A stretch of 64,000 nt of DNA from an uncultured bacterium (GTDB taxonomy: Bacteria; Babelota; Babeliae; Babelales; Babelaceae): positions 79,482 to 143,481 of the forward strand of contig CAWGPQ010000014.1 in assembly GCA_963824495.1 (NCBI GenBank). Direction: 5' to 3'. Within the stretch, counting starts at the first letter, position 1; each line of letters starts with the position of its first letter. Shown piece after piece: positions 1 to 11,016 of this stretch. The position numbers and the translations under genes are program-made. The notes under the pieces are model-generated. The model searched no databases, was not told the origin of the DNA, and saw only the letters and a list, made by a program, of their open reading frames with translations.

Positions 1-461
1 AGTCATGATCAATAAGTATAAGCCTATAGGATAGAATAGCTTTTAAGCTTATAATACAAAACCACTCTAGTAAGTTGTTATAGAGCGTGTGATACTGAAC
101 TTCATCAGGTCGAGTTTTACAAAGAAAATAAATAAGTTTTGCATAACGTATAAGTCTTGATGAAAAGCACGTGATATCAAAAATCTGTACGTAATTTTCT
201 TGGCTACGTAGTTTTTGTGCAACACGCTTAATATGTACTGAAGTACCGCCCAATGGTGGAGGATAGGGGCCAATAATAGCTATAGTTTTTTTGTAAAGGT
301 TATCAGAATAGCGATGCTCTAGCTCATTAGATGCTTGAGATGTATGTAGGGGCTCTTGATTAGTCATAAAGCTTGTTGCTTTATTGTGTAATATTTTTTA
401 TAAGACAATCTTATTATAGTATGTATTTATAGCACGTTTCCACCGGAGCTGCTAGAGAGCA

Positions 462-1706
462 CTATGAGTAGATGGGAAATTGTTTACATAAACGATTAAC
501 CTCTTCACGTACAAGCTGTATTTTTGTGTCGTTATCTCTGTACCTGATAACTGTATCAATAAAAAGAGCTGCTTGCTCCGTCTGCTCTTCTTTAAAGCCC
601 CGTGTTGTGATTGCTGGTGTGCCTATACGAATACCACTGGTAATCCATGGCTTTTCCTGATCAAAAGGAATACAGCTTCTGCTGATACTAATTCCTGCTT
701 TTTCTAGAAGAGTTTCTGCAGCCCTGCCGGTTATATTTTTTGACCGGAGATCAATAATAAACAGATGATTATCAGTACCACCGCTGACAATCCTATAGCC
801 AAGATCTTGAAAAGCTTTTACCATGGCTTGGGCGTTTTTAATGACCTGTCGCTGATATTCGACAAACTCTGGCTCAAGAGCTAACTTAAAACCTACGGCT
901 TTTGCTGCAATAACATGCATAAGTGGTCCACCTTGCATGCCAGGCATAAGAGCACGATCAATCTGCTCTTGGTAGCACGCTTTTGACAAGATAAAGCCAC
1001 CACGGGTGCCGCGAAGAGTCTTGTGAGTAGTACTTGTTATACAGTCAGCATAGGGTACTGGCGAAGTATGTAATCCTGCTGCAATAAGTCCGGCTATATG
1101 AGCCATATCGACCATAAGCAAAGCGCCAGAATTACGAGCAATCTGGGCAAATCGCTCAAAATCTATACCACGAGAGTAGGCTGAAGCACCAGCTATAATA
1201 AGCCGAGGCTTGTGCTCCAGCGCAAGCCGCTCAAGAGCCGTGTAGTCAAGCTGCTCAGTTTCTGGATGTACTCCATACTGTATACTTTTATATAACATGC
1301 CTGAAAAATTAACGGCGTGCCCATGCGTAAGATGTCCGCCTGCTGCAAGGCTCATCCCCATGATAGTATCGCCAGGCTTAAGTAACGCCATATAGGCAGC
1401 CATATTTGCTTGAGAGCCGGAGTGCGGTTGAACGTTGGCATGCTCTGCAGCAAAAACCTTCCTGCATCGTTCTATGGCAAGCTTCTCAATTTCGTCAATC
1501 CATTGGCAACCACCATAATAACGTTTGCCAGGATACCCTTCAGCGTATTTATTCGCGAGGGCTGTCCCTAAAGCTTCCCGTACAGCTAATGGAGCGTAAT
1601 TTTCTGAAGCAATAAGATTAAGCTCGTGCTCCTGACGGTCAGATTCACGGTTAATCATGTGAGAAATATCAGGATCATACGTAAGAAGTAAAGTATTCAT
1701 ATTCAT
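462..1706 (-). CDS. glyA: Serine hydroxymethyltransferase
   Basis: 414 aa; [36 protein letters not shown] (PLP Lys) and [14 protein letters not shown] motifs. Confidence 0.98.
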   Translation of the reverse strand: MNMNTLLLTYDPDISHMINRESDRQEHELNLIASENYAPLAVREALGTALANKYAEGYPGKRYYGGCQWIDEIEKLAIERCRKVFAAEHANVQPHSGSQANMAAYMALLKPGDTIMGMSLAAGGHLTHGHAVNFSGMLYKSIQYGVHPETEQLDYTALERLALEHKPRLIIAGASAYSRGIDFERFAQIARNSGALLMVDMAHIAGLIAAGLHTSPVPYADCITSTTHKTLRGTRGGFILSKACYQEQIDRALMPGMQGGPLMHVIAAKAVGFKLALEPEFVEYQRQVIKNAQAMVKAFQDLGYRIVSGGTDNHLFIIDLRSKNITGRAAETLLEKAGISISRSCIPFDQEKPWITSGIRIGTPAITTRGFKEEQTEQAALFIDTVIRYRDNDTKIQLVREEVNRLCKQFPIYS

Positions 1707-1919
1707 AGCAGTGCTTATATAATAGCTTTAGTGAAAATTATAGGACGACTTTATAGTTAGTATGCCATATACTTGACGGCTCGCAAAACTTCCTATCTAT
1801 ACCACTTTGTCGAAGCTAAGAATTAGAGTTTGATCGTGTTTGTTTATGCTATATTTTTACTTAAATGACTATCTTATAATTATTATTTTAGCTTGTGTTC
1901 TCTTACCTGTCAAATACGA

Positions 1920-1941
1920 GAGGAAAGGGCACCCTTTCCTC
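1920..1941 (-). terminator. Probable intrinsic terminator of the 1961..2395 gene
   Basis: Perfect hairpin GAGGAAAGG-GCAC-CCTTTCCTC ~20 nt past the stop codon; weak U-tract. Confidence 0.5.
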
Positions 1942-1960
1942 CAATGGACCGTATTAATTT

Positions 1961-2395
1961 CTAATTTTCTAATGATTGCTTAAATTTGTTGAGTTCTTGT
2001 TTATGTGCGTGGTAGATTTGAGAAGCTATATGGTGATGTCTTTGGTGAAGCTCTCTCCAGTCTTGTACTTGATTTTCATGTAATGCAATAGCGTTTCTTA
2101 AGTCCTCTTCAAGTGCTTCTGCATCGAGTCCTTCATCTTTAATTCTTGTTAGTTCATAATGATAGGTATCGAAGATCTCATTATGATGTTTTTTCAGGAG
2201 ATCATATTTAGCAGCATGGTACCTCTTGGCGAGTTCAAACCAATCAGCTTTGTGACGTTTTTCCATATCGCTAAATGCAAGTATCTTATCAAGTATTGAA
2301 TGGCTTGGAGGGTAATCCCCATAATCGACATCTTGAGCTTGAACGTTATGTGCAAAAGGCACCATACATGAAATAGATAGCATGAGCGCTTTCAT
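1961..2395 (-). CDS. Hypothetical secreted His-rich helical protein
   Basis: 144 aa; signal-peptide-like N-terminus ending VQA; AAAGGGA RBS; many His in predicted helices. Confidence 0.7.
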   Translation of the reverse strand: MKALMLSISCMVPFAHNVQAQDVDYGDYPPSHSILDKILAFSDMEKRHKADWFELAKRYHAAKYDLLKKHHNEIFDTYHYELTRIKDEGLDAEALEEDLRNAIALHENQVQDWRELHQRHHHIASQIYHAHKQELNKFKQSLEN

Positions 2396-2621
2396 AAAAA
2401 TTCCCTTTCTTGGGTTAAAACTATATATAACATCACTTATCAGTATGAATTAAAAATAATTCTAAATGCAATATTTTTTATAAACCCGTACAGTCTAAGA
2501 TCCCTATTATGTGGTCTAATAGCACATTTAGGAAATATTTGGTATACTAGCGTAAGCGTTTTGGTAGTGTGTATTTACGTATAAACTAAGCTTTGCACAT
2601 GATTTTTGAAAGGGAGGAGCC

Positions 2622-3191
2622 ATGATCTCAGCGTCAGAATTTAAAAAAGGGAGTAAGCTTCTGTATAAGGGTGAGCCTTATTCGGTTCTTGAATATCAGC
2701 ACGTTAAGCCTGGCAAAGGCGGGGCTTTTATGCGTACTAAGATGAAGAATCTTATAACTGGCTTAGTTCATGAAGAAACATTTAGGTCTGAAGAAAAATT
2801 TCCGACACCTGATTTAGAATATAGAGAAATGCTGTATCTTTACCAGGATGGTGATTTTTATCAGTTTATGGATCAAGAAAGTTATGAGCAAATAGCTCTT
2901 GATCAAAAGAGCTTAAGTGATGTACTGAATGTTCTCAAAGAGCAAACTGTCTATACTATCTTATATTTTGGCAATAAGCCTATTGCCGTAACGCCACCGA
3001 TAACCATGGAACTTAGGGTAACAAGCACGATTCCAGGAGTTCGCGGCGATACAGCTCAAGGATCCGCTACAAAACCAGCAACTCTTGAAACAGGTTTAGT
3101 GGTAAATGTGCCGTTGTTTGTCAATGAAGGCGATATTGTAAAGATTGATACACGTACCGAGAGCTATATAGAGCGCGTTAACAAGAAGTAA
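2622..3191 (+). CDS. efp: Translation elongation factor P
   Basis: HVKPGKGGAF, RGDTA, KPATLETG, VPLFVNEGD motifs; GGAGG RBS. Confidence 0.98.
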   Translation: MISASEFKKGSKLLYKGEPYSVLEYQHVKPGKGGAFMRTKMKNLITGLVHEETFRSEEKFPTPDLEYREMLYLYQDGDFYQFMDQESYEQIALDQKSLSDVLNVLKEQTVYTILYFGNKPIAVTPPITMELRVTSTIPGVRGDTAQGSATKPATLETGLVVNVPLFVNEGDIVKIDTRTESYIERVNKK

Positions 3192-3217
3192 TCTCTAACT
3201 TAAGCAGGCATTATACT

Positions 3218-3721
3218 ATGTTTTTTGATGCTTTTGATGCTGATGATACCTACGACCAGAAGAGCGAGTATAATGAAGAATCTACGATTCCCTGTAGTGA
3301 ACTAGCCCGTAGAGATGCTCGAGCATTGACCCTAATTCTATTGTACGCCATGGATTCCTTTGATTATCAGGTAAGCCTTGAGTCAATTGCGGATAATTTT
3401 GGCAAAAGTTTTAGGTATAGCATCGATCCGCAATGCCTAGTGTTTAAAGAAGCAGCGGCAATTATTGCTCAGCGCGATGTGCTTGATGATATAATCAAGC
3501 CGCTACTTGCTAATTGGCCGCTTAATCGTTTAGGAGTATGTACGCGCTTGATCATGCGCCTTGCCCTTTGGGAGCTCATTAATACCGATATTGTTCCGTC
3601 GATTATTATGAATGAAGCAATAGAATTAGCTAAATGCTACGCCGAGATTGATGCCTATAAATTCGTTAATGGTGTGCTTGATGAATGGCTTAAGCGGAAT
3701 AGAGGAGCTGCTCTGGAATAA
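3218..3721 (+). CDS. nusB: Transcription antitermination factor NusB
   Basis: RRDARAL N-terminal Arg motif, NEAIELAK and KFVNGVLD; follows efp. Confidence 0.93.
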   Translation: MFFDAFDADDTYDQKSEYNEESTIPCSELARRDARALTLILLYAMDSFDYQVSLESIADNFGKSFRYSIDPQCLVFKEAAAIIAQRDVLDDIIKPLLANWPLNRLGVCTRLIMRLALWELINTDIVPSIIMNEAIELAKCYAEIDAYKFVNGVLDEWLKRNRGAALE

Positions 3722-3796
3722 ATTATTGCTTTATCTACATAGTTTATTGTAAAATAGAAATGATGTAGTAATAGTATAATCTAAAGGAGCTGGCAC

Positions 3797-4303
3797 ATGA
3801 TCAAAGCGTATCGCGAGTTACTAGCTATGGTGATTGGGCTTGGTTACGGTAATACAGCCTGGGCTGCTTTTCGATTAATGTCGTTTGATGCGACTGCATC
3901 TCCGGTGACCTTTGCCGTTCCAGCCTTACCTGCTGTGGGGGTGAGTATCCAAGCAACAGAGCCACCATCTCTTCAAATTGCAGGAGATAGTCATGCTATT
4001 TTGTTACAGGAACAACTTGTTGCTCCTGATGAAATTGATACGCCCATGGCTAATCCTCTCAAAACGGTAATTTATCTTGATCAGCAGCCCTATGCACACT
4101 TCTATTATGATGCTACTGGTGGTGCTACCGGCGACTTGAGCTTAAGTTATATGGCCGATGGACGGCTCTTGGTATGGGGACTTTCAGGTGGGCCTTATGC
4201 TTTTGTTCAATGCCTTTCAAAGAATCCTTGTTGTAGTGCCACTGCTACAGCACCAACCGGGGCTGAACAGCCTAAATACCTCTGTATGTTACCTGGTCGT
4301 TAA
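3797..4303 (+). CDS. Hypothetical exported protein
   Basis: 168 aa ORF, AAGGAG RBS, signal-like N-terminus ending AWA; Cys-containing C-terminus. Confidence 0.6.
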   Translation: MIKAYRELLAMVIGLGYGNTAWAAFRLMSFDATASPVTFAVPALPAVGVSIQATEPPSLQIAGDSHAILLQEQLVAPDEIDTPMANPLKTVIYLDQQPYAHFYYDATGGATGDLSLSYMADGRLLVWGLSGGPYAFVQCLSKNPCCSATATAPTGAEQPKYLCMLPGR

Positions 4304-4459
4304 TGTGTCAATTTTTTGAGCACTATGCAGAGCTTGCGATGTTTGGCTCGGTAACACGAGCAGGACAGTTTGGATGGCTCTTAATGCAAGAAGAGCACCA
4401 ACTTCTTCCGGTCGTCGTGCTTAATCATATTGTTTATGTTAATAGTTAATAGTTACTAG

Positions 4460-6442
4460 TTAATACAAGGGATTAGGAGTGAAGAAAAGCTTTGAGGTAA
4501 ATTCTTTATCTTTAAGCTTATTGTAGAGAGTAATAAGCTCCGTCATGGAAGGGCCCTTGAGATATATCTTGCGCATGCTTACGCCCTGTATAGTGTGAAC
4601 GGGAGGTTGAGCAGGACCTAACATGGTTACAGATAGGTTTTTATTCTCAATGAGAGCATCAAATGCCCTGGCGCACTGTTCTGCTTCGGTGTCCAAGATG
4701 TGACTATCAGTGTGGCGTAATTCAAGCTCGGCAAATCTCAAGCAGGGTGGATACCCTAAACTTTGACGATATGCAAGTTCATAGTCATAAAATTTTAGGT
4801 AATCTGTCTCTGACAAATATGCAAAAATAGGATGCCTGATAAGTGTCTGGACTATAACAAGACTTTCGGGGCTTTGTCTGCCTGCACGTCCTGCAACTTG
4901 AATAAGCTGCTGTAACGTGACTTCGGCTGCATTATACACCGGGAAATGAAGATTGTTATCCGCCCATAAAATACCCACAAGCGTTACATACGGGAAATGG
5001 TACCCTTTGGTGATAGTTTGAGTTCCTACCAGTATATCAAGTTCACGGTTATAAAAAGAATTAAGCGTATGCTGCCATTTTTTCTTATTTCGCGTTGCAT
5101 CTAAATCTGCTCGACCTATACGTGCGTTGGGAAATAATTTTTCAAGAATGGTAACTACTTGCTGGGTACCGATACCGCGTTTAAGTAATGCAGTCTTCTC
5201 ACATGCAGGGCAGCATTCGGGTAATTTTTGGGCAAATCCACAATAATGGCATATGAGATCGTGAGTATTATGCAACGTAAGGCTTACTGAGCATGATCTA
5301 CAGGTAAAAATAAATGTACAATCAGTGCATTGGACGAAGAAGCTATAGCCTCGACGATTTAAAAAAATAATGCATTGTTCTTTTTTGTTTAGTCGTATAG
5401 CAAGGGCTTCTTGCAGCTCTTTGCTTATCCAAAAATGGGATCTCTTGGTTTTCGTATCAAGTTTGACTAGTTTAATAGTGGGAAAAGCTCCTGCAAAGCG
5501 CTGTTTAAGCTGAAAGTAGTCCCATCCACGATTTTTACTGAGATAGAGCGATGCAAGTGAAGGAGTAGCGGAGCCCAGCAGTATAGGAATGCCTTGGAGT
5601 TTTGCTCGTAAAAGTGCTGCTTCTTTGGTATTGATTCTTGGGTGTTTTTTCTCTTGATAACCTACTTCGTGCTCTTCGTCAACTATAATCAGTCCAAGAT
5701 GAGGTACTGGTAACAACATGGGCAAATGCACGCCAATAATAAGACATGGTTTCTTTGATTTAAGCAAATGTTGCCAAAGGGCTCTTTTTTCTTGAGCACT
5801 GCTGGCTGAATGAAACCCGTAGATCAACAAATTTTTATTTAGGGAAGCTTGCAGGAGAGTGGTAAATTGTACAGCAAGCGTTACTTCTGGCAAGAGCAAT
5901 ATTGTAGTCTTATTATGTATATAAGTATACTCTATAAGTTTTTTATACACTTCGGTTTTGCCTGATCCCGTAACGCCATGCAATAACGTTGGCTTGTATT
6001 CTGGCTGCTCAATATGAGGCTTGAGAAAATTCACAATGGCTTGTTGTTCAGTTGTAAGAATGGCTTGTGTTGCAGGTATCTCCTGCTCCCGCTCATGGTA
6101 ATTAACAAGCGTAATCTCTGAATGTTCTTTATGAACAAGAAACTGGCGCAGCCGCTTATAAAGCGCCAGTGGCTCAAGGGCATTATACAAGCCGAGCTGT
6201 CTAATAAACTCATGATATATAGTATCAGCAGGTATTACTTCACGGGCATAGGCTTGCTTAATCGTAAAAGATGGTGTTTGTTCAAGTTCTGGCACAATAG
6301 CACAGACGAGTGCTGTCTCAACTTTATTGCGGAGTGGCACGCGTACAAAAGAGCCAACCAACGTTCGTATATCCCATGTTTCGGGAATGCTGTACGTAAG
6401 CATTTGGCTATAACCAGTAAGTAGTTTGACGTTAATATACAT
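4460..6442 (-). CDS. priA: Primosomal protein N' (replication restart helicase); likely start at MYINVKLL (6442), ORF is open to 6625
   Basis: GVTGSGKT Walker A, DEEH, GSATPS, LNRRG, two CxxC-pair Zn sites, QVAGRAGR. Confidence 0.95.
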   Translation of the reverse strand: MYINVKLLTGYSQMLTYSIPETWDIRTLVGSFVRVPLRNKVETALVCAIVPELEQTPSFTIKQAYAREVIPADTIYHEFIRQLGLYNALEPLALYKRLRQFLVHKEHSEITLVNYHEREQEIPATQAILTTEQQAIVNFLKPHIEQPEYKPTLLHGVTGSGKTEVYKKLIEYTYIHNKTTILLLPEVTLAVQFTTLLQASLNKNLLIYGFHSASSAQEKRALWQHLLKSKKPCLIIGVHLPMLLPVPHLGLIIVDEEHEVGYQEKKHPRINTKEAALLRAKLQGIPILLGSATPSLASLYLSKNRGWDYFQLKQRFAGAFPTIKLVKLDTKTKRSHFWISKELQEALAIRLNKKEQCIIFLNRRGYSFFVQCTDCTFIFTCRSCSVSLTLHNTHDLICHYCGFAQKLPECCPACEKTALLKRGIGTQQVVTILEKLFPNARIGRADLDATRNKKKWQHTLNSFYNRELDILVGTQTITKGYHFPYVTLVGILWADNNLHFPVYNAAEVTLQQLIQVAGRAGRQSPESLVIVQTLIRHPIFAYLSETDYLKFYDYELAYRQSLGYPPCLRFAELELRHTDSHILDTEAEQCARAFDALIENKNLSVTMLGPAQPPVHTIQGVSMRKIYLKGPSMTELITLYNKLKDKEFTSKLFFTPNPLY

Positions 6443-6870
6443 TACGTGACACTCAGGCTGCTCTTGGACAAGTTCTACTAATCCCAGTATTGCCCAGTAT
6501 GCCATATATCTGATGATTCGCAATGCAGGTGTAAGCATTAAATCACCGAGCGCATTAATACCAGTTGCCAGCGGGAATTGTGCTCTTTCCTGGTTCACGC
6601 TATTGCCCGAAAAATCAATGGTCATGACTTGTAATTAGAAATTATCATGTTGTGCTGTATTAGTAAATAATTAAAGATTATTTTTGGTGCTTTTATCTAA
6701 GTAACATTATAAAGAATATTATTATGCAGCCTAAATTTCTAGCCACCCTTATCTTTTATAGCTGTTTGGGCTAGTAGCCAATGGTTGTTCTACCTTAAAT
6801 ATCACGAGTATGCTATACTATAATAAAGGGATTTTAAACACGTTCTCGTACGAGCACAAGAGGTTAAGCA

Positions 6871-9621
6871 TTGGTAGAACTTGATACCACTAAAACTATT
6901 TTTATTATTGATGGATCTTCTTTTTTATTTCGTGCGTATTATAGCATGCACCCGGTTCATACTAAGGAGGGCAAGCCAGTTCAAGCGGTGTATGGCTTTT
7001 GCCGGATGATGAAAAAGCTTATTTCAACGTTTGATCCTCGCTATATGGTTGTTGTCTGGGATGGTCAAAGTAAAACTGCCCGTCATGAGCTATTTCCAGC
7101 ATATAAAGCGACACGCCAAGCGCCACCGAGCGATTTAGGTGATCAAAAAGAGCTCATAGTAAAATTTAATGACAGTATTGATCTTAAGCAGGTTCAAGTA
7201 TCAGGTATTGAAGCTGATGATCTCATGTTTTCACTGGCTCATGATTTTAATCAAAAAGGGTTTAAAGTTGTTCTTGTAACTTCTGATAAAGATATGGGTC
7301 AAGTGCTCAGTGAGGGGATTATCATGTACGAGCCCTTTAAGGAGCTGTTTATCACCACAGAAACTATACAAGAAAAGTATAGCTTTGAGGCAGAAAAATT
7401 GCCATTCTATTTTGCTCTTGTTGGTGATGCTTCTGATAACATTCCCGGCGTAAAGGGTATTGGACCTCGTGGTGCTCAAGAGCTTGTGAAAAATTTTGAT
7501 TCGTTACATGACCTTTATGCGCATCTTGAACGTGTACCTAAAGAGCGTACACGCATATTATTAAGAGCATCTGAAGATAATGCTTTTTTAAGCGAAAAGC
7601 TTTTTTTGCTTCGTTATTATGATGTTGGGCTCACGCCTGAAGACGTATCTTTTAGCAGTGATAACTGGTTTAAGGCACGTCAATTATTTTATGATCTTGA
7701 TTTTAAGTCCCTTCTAAAAGAATTTCCAGCTGAAGCTGGAATACACGTAGAGCGTGAGCAACTTGAGAAGACAAAGCATGAAGAACTGCCAGCGCCATTA
7801 CATCAATTTACTACAAAAGCAATTACAAATTACCAAGAACTTGAAGAGCTTTGTGTAAAGATAGCTGAAAAGAAACTCTGCGCGCTTGACACTGAGACTG
7901 ATAGTATAGACGCCATGCAAGCAGATTTAGTTGGCATTGCTCTCTGTTATGAGCTTGGAATGGGGTATTATATACCTGTCGGCCATAAAGATATTCCAAA
8001 CCAGCTTGATAAGCAAAAAGTTATAGATAGAGTGCGGCCTTTACTTGAAGATTCTGCTATAAAAAAATGCATGCATAATGCTAAATTTGACTTACATGTG
8101 CTTGATCATGCTGGAATTAAGCCCCCAAAAGAGCTTATCTTCGATACGTTAGTTGCAGCAAGTCTTGTAACACCCGACTGGCAGCGCTTAGGTCTTAAGT
8201 ATCTCTCAGAATTTTATTTGCATCAGAGCATGCTCTCATATAAAGATATCGTAAAGAAGAATACCTATAAAGATTTCTCCTATGTTCCACTTGATATGGC
8301 AACTGAGTATGCTGGTGCTGATGCCCATCAAACGCTAGCTCTGGCATCAGTTTTAGAAAAAGAGCTTCAAGCGCATGACCAGATTACGCTCTTTTATACG
8401 ATCGAGCTGCCACTTATACCTATTCTATACGCTATGGAACGTGAGGGGATTATTCTTAATGCAGCAGTGCTTGATGATATTAATAAGCACATTACCCATG
8501 AACTTGAGCGATTGCAGCATCAAATTACTGAACTTGTTGGCATGACGCCTGAGACACTTAATCTTAATTCGCCCAAGCAGCTTGAAGACCTACTTTTTAA
8601 TCAACTTAAGCTGCCACCTCATAAGAAAACAGCTCAGCGTACCGGATATTCTACCGACCAAGAAGTATTAAAAGAACTCGCAAAAATTCATCCTGTACCG
8701 GGGCTTATCGTCCGTTATCGTGAATTGTTTAAGCTTAAAAGTACGTATGTTGATACGTTGGTAGATTTTGTTAATCCTGAGACGGGACGTATTCATACAA
8801 CATTTAGGCAGACAGGGGTAGCGACGGGGCGTCTGGCAAGCTCAGATCCCAACCTACAGAATATTCCTACTCATACTGCCGGAGTAGATATTCCTATTCG
8901 ATCAGCTTTTCAAGCACCTGAAGGACATGTATTTTTGTCTGCTGACTATTCTCAAATTGAGTTGCGCGTTCTGGCTTATCTTTCTCAAGATGAACGCTTA
9001 AAGCAGGCATTTATTGAAGGGAAAGATATTCATGCTCTTACGGCGGCTGGACTTTTTGATATTCCTGTTGAGGAGGTTACCAGTAAGCAGCGAGATCTAG
9101 CCAAGCGAATTAATTTCAGTATTCTCTATGGTTTAACTCCTTATGGGTTATCAAAAGAGCTTGATATACCAGTTAAGGATGCCCAGCTGTATATAGAGAA
9201 ATATTTTGCTCAGTATCCCGGTGTGGTGGCCTGGATGGATGATGTTGTACATGAGGCAAAAGAGCACGGCTATGTTCAAACCTATTGGGGTCGTCGTCGC
9301 TTTATACCAGGTATTTATGAAAAAAACAAAACACTGTTTGATCTTGCCCGTCGTGTAGCAATTAATACCAAAGCCCAAGGTACGGCAGCAGAGCTTATGA
9401 AGCTTGGTATGATCATGCTTGACAAGGCATTGCATGAAAATATATTAGGGGCACGTATGACGTTGCAGATACATGACGAATTATTACTTACGGTGCCCAA
9501 TCAAGAGGTTGAGGTAACCCAGAGTATAGTGCGTGATGTGCTGCAGCACGTGGTCAATTGGAATGTACCGTTAGTAGTAACCGTGCGTACCGGTAAAACT
9601 TGGTACGATGTAACAAAATAA
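6871..9621 (+). CDS. polA: DNA polymerase I
   Basis: 5'-3' exo (IDGSS, EADD, GDASDNIPGVKGIG), 3'-5' exo (DTET, HNAKFD, YAGAD), polymerase (DYSQIELR, QIHDEL). Confidence 0.98.
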   Translation: MVELDTTKTIFIIDGSSFLFRAYYSMHPVHTKEGKPVQAVYGFCRMMKKLISTFDPRYMVVVWDGQSKTARHELFPAYKATRQAPPSDLGDQKELIVKFNDSIDLKQVQVSGIEADDLMFSLAHDFNQKGFKVVLVTSDKDMGQVLSEGIIMYEPFKELFITTETIQEKYSFEAEKLPFYFALVGDASDNIPGVKGIGPRGAQELVKNFDSLHDLYAHLERVPKERTRILLRASEDNAFLSEKLFLLRYYDVGLTPEDVSFSSDNWFKARQLFYDLDFKSLLKEFPAEAGIHVEREQLEKTKHEELPAPLHQFTTKAITNYQELEELCVKIAEKKLCALDTETDSIDAMQADLVGIALCYELGMGYYIPVGHKDIPNQLDKQKVIDRVRPLLEDSAIKKCMHNAKFDLHVLDHAGIKPPKELIFDTLVAASLVTPDWQRLGLKYLSEFYLHQSMLSYKDIVKKNTYKDFSYVPLDMATEYAGADAHQTLALASVLEKELQAHDQITLFYTIELPLIPILYAMEREGIILNAAVLDDINKHITHELERLQHQITELVGMTPETLNLNSPKQLEDLLFNQLKLPPHKKTAQRTGYSTDQEVLKELAKIHPVPGLIVRYRELFKLKSTYVDTLVDFVNPETGRIHTTFRQTGVATGRLASSDPNLQNIPTHTAGVDIPIRSAFQAPEGHVFLSADYSQIELRVLAYLSQDERLKQAFIEGKDIHALTAAGLFDIPVEEVTSKQRDLAKRINFSILYGLTPYGLSKELDIPVKDAQLYIEKYFAQYPGVVAWMDDVVHEAKEHGYVQTYWGRRRFIPGIYEKNKTLFDLARRVAINTKAQGTAAELMKLGMIMLDKALHENILGARMTLQIHDELLLTVPNQEVEVTQSIVRDVLQHVVNWNVPLVVTVRTGKTWYDVTK

Positions 9622-9791
9622 GCTTATATTAAGAGTTGATGGTGATGATTGGCTTGCTCACGAGCATGTTCTTTTATTCGTAGCAAACCAAAATATACAC
9701 GACTTCAAGATAGAGTAACAGTTTAAACTTTGCTATACTTTAAAGAGTAGTGGTTTATGAGTTTTTCGCGATAGGTTATAGACGATAGATT

Positions 9792-10520
9792 ATGGATATG
9801 AATAGTGAGCAGCATGCTACTCAGCAGACACTTGACCCTTTGGGTGACTCTTACAGTTCACTTGAGCTGATCAGGATTTCAGGAACTGATCTTGATGTTG
9901 TTAATGCAGCACGAGTTTCTTATGGTAAAAGCAGTAAGCATCTTTCTGAACGTGATCATACGCTTATTTCTTACTTGATGGAACATGGTCACACAAGCCC
10001 TTTTGAGCATAATCAGTTGTCATTTAGAGTAAAAGCTCCTCTGTATGTAGCACGCCAATGGATGCGTCATCGCATGAATTCTTATAATGAGATAAGCTAT
10101 CGATATGTTAAAGCACCCCTTGAATTCTATATACCGGCTTATTGGCGCTTACAAGATACGAAAAATAAGCAAAGCTCCGGGGGAGTATACCATGATCAAG
10201 TGCTCGTCGAAGCATATAAACACGTGCTTAAAACAGCTGTTGATGCTTATGAGCAGCTTTTAAAGCAGGGTGTTAGCCGAGAGCAAGCACGAGGTGTCTT
10301 GCCCCTCTGTACCTATACTACATTTATCTATACTTGTAATCTGCATTCACTTATGCATTTTCTTAAGCTTCGTCTGCATAAGGCTGCTCAATATGAGATT
10401 CAGGTATACGCTCAAGGTATGCTTGAGCTCGCTCAGCCTTACTTTCCCGTTTCACTCAAGGCATTTCGGGACAAGCACCAGATTGACATCGTACGTGATT
10501 TTGGGCATACTAGAGAGTGA
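9792..10520 (+). CDS. thyX: FAD-dependent thymidylate synthase
   Basis: HTSPFEH, RQWMRHR, NEISYRY, AQYEI motifs. Confidence 0.96.
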   Translation: MDMNSEQHATQQTLDPLGDSYSSLELIRISGTDLDVVNAARVSYGKSSKHLSERDHTLISYLMEHGHTSPFEHNQLSFRVKAPLYVARQWMRHRMNSYNEISYRYVKAPLEFYIPAYWRLQDTKNKQSSGGVYHDQVLVEAYKHVLKTAVDAYEQLLKQGVSREQARGVLPLCTYTTFIYTCNLHSLMHFLKLRLHKAAQYEIQVYAQGMLELAQPYFPVSLKAFRDKHQIDIVRDFGHTRE

Positions 10521-10748
10521 TGATGAGTGGGTCTTTTATACTGGGATGTTATCGAAAGACCCATCAAACATGCAGAAATATGCGGAGTTGCAGAATCGAG
10601 CGTTTTTGCTATCATACTTTCTATACCAGTTTGTGAGTCTCATCGAGCATAAGTATCTTGTGCACGAGTATCTTGCGATAAAATCTTGGTCTAATTCGTG
10701 ATTCTTAAGAAGTATTTTTTATACACTAACATGTAAGGGGTTATTATC

Positions 10749-10997
10749 ATGGCAACGAGTAAATCCGCCGGCTCTACTCAGAATGGTCGCGATAGTATAA
10801 GTAAGCGGCTAGGCGTTAAGCTTTTTGATGGACAGCGCGTAAGTGGTGGCGAAATTATTGTTCGTCAGCGTGGTAGTCGTATTCATCCGGGAAGAAATGT
10901 TGGCATGGGCAGTGATGATACGATCTTTGCCGTAGCTGCGGGAGTGGTTAAGTTTCACTCTGGGCCTAAAGGGCGCAGATACGTCTCTATTATTTAA
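10749..10997 (+). CDS. rpmA: 50S ribosomal protein L27
   Basis: [31 protein letters not shown]. Confidence 0.97.
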   Translation: MATSKSAGSTQNGRDSISKRLGVKLFDGQRVSGGEIIVRQRGSRIHPGRNVGMGSDDTIFAVAAGVVKFHSGPKGRRYVSII

Positions 10998-11016
10998 TCA
11001 CTATAGGGAGAGTATT

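Noticed and set aside
67..273. 68-aa minus-strand ORF
   Set aside because: No motif, RBS or protein-like composition; likely chance ORF in AT-rich intergenic DNA
4304..4459. Short hairpins (GCTCG/CGAGC, GCTCTT/AAGAGC) between convergent genes as a possible ncRNA
   Set aside because: Stems are only 5-6 bp and match no RNA family I recognise
10270..10701. 143-aa ORF overlapping thyX
   Set aside because: Alternative frame over a well-supported gene, no recognisable features
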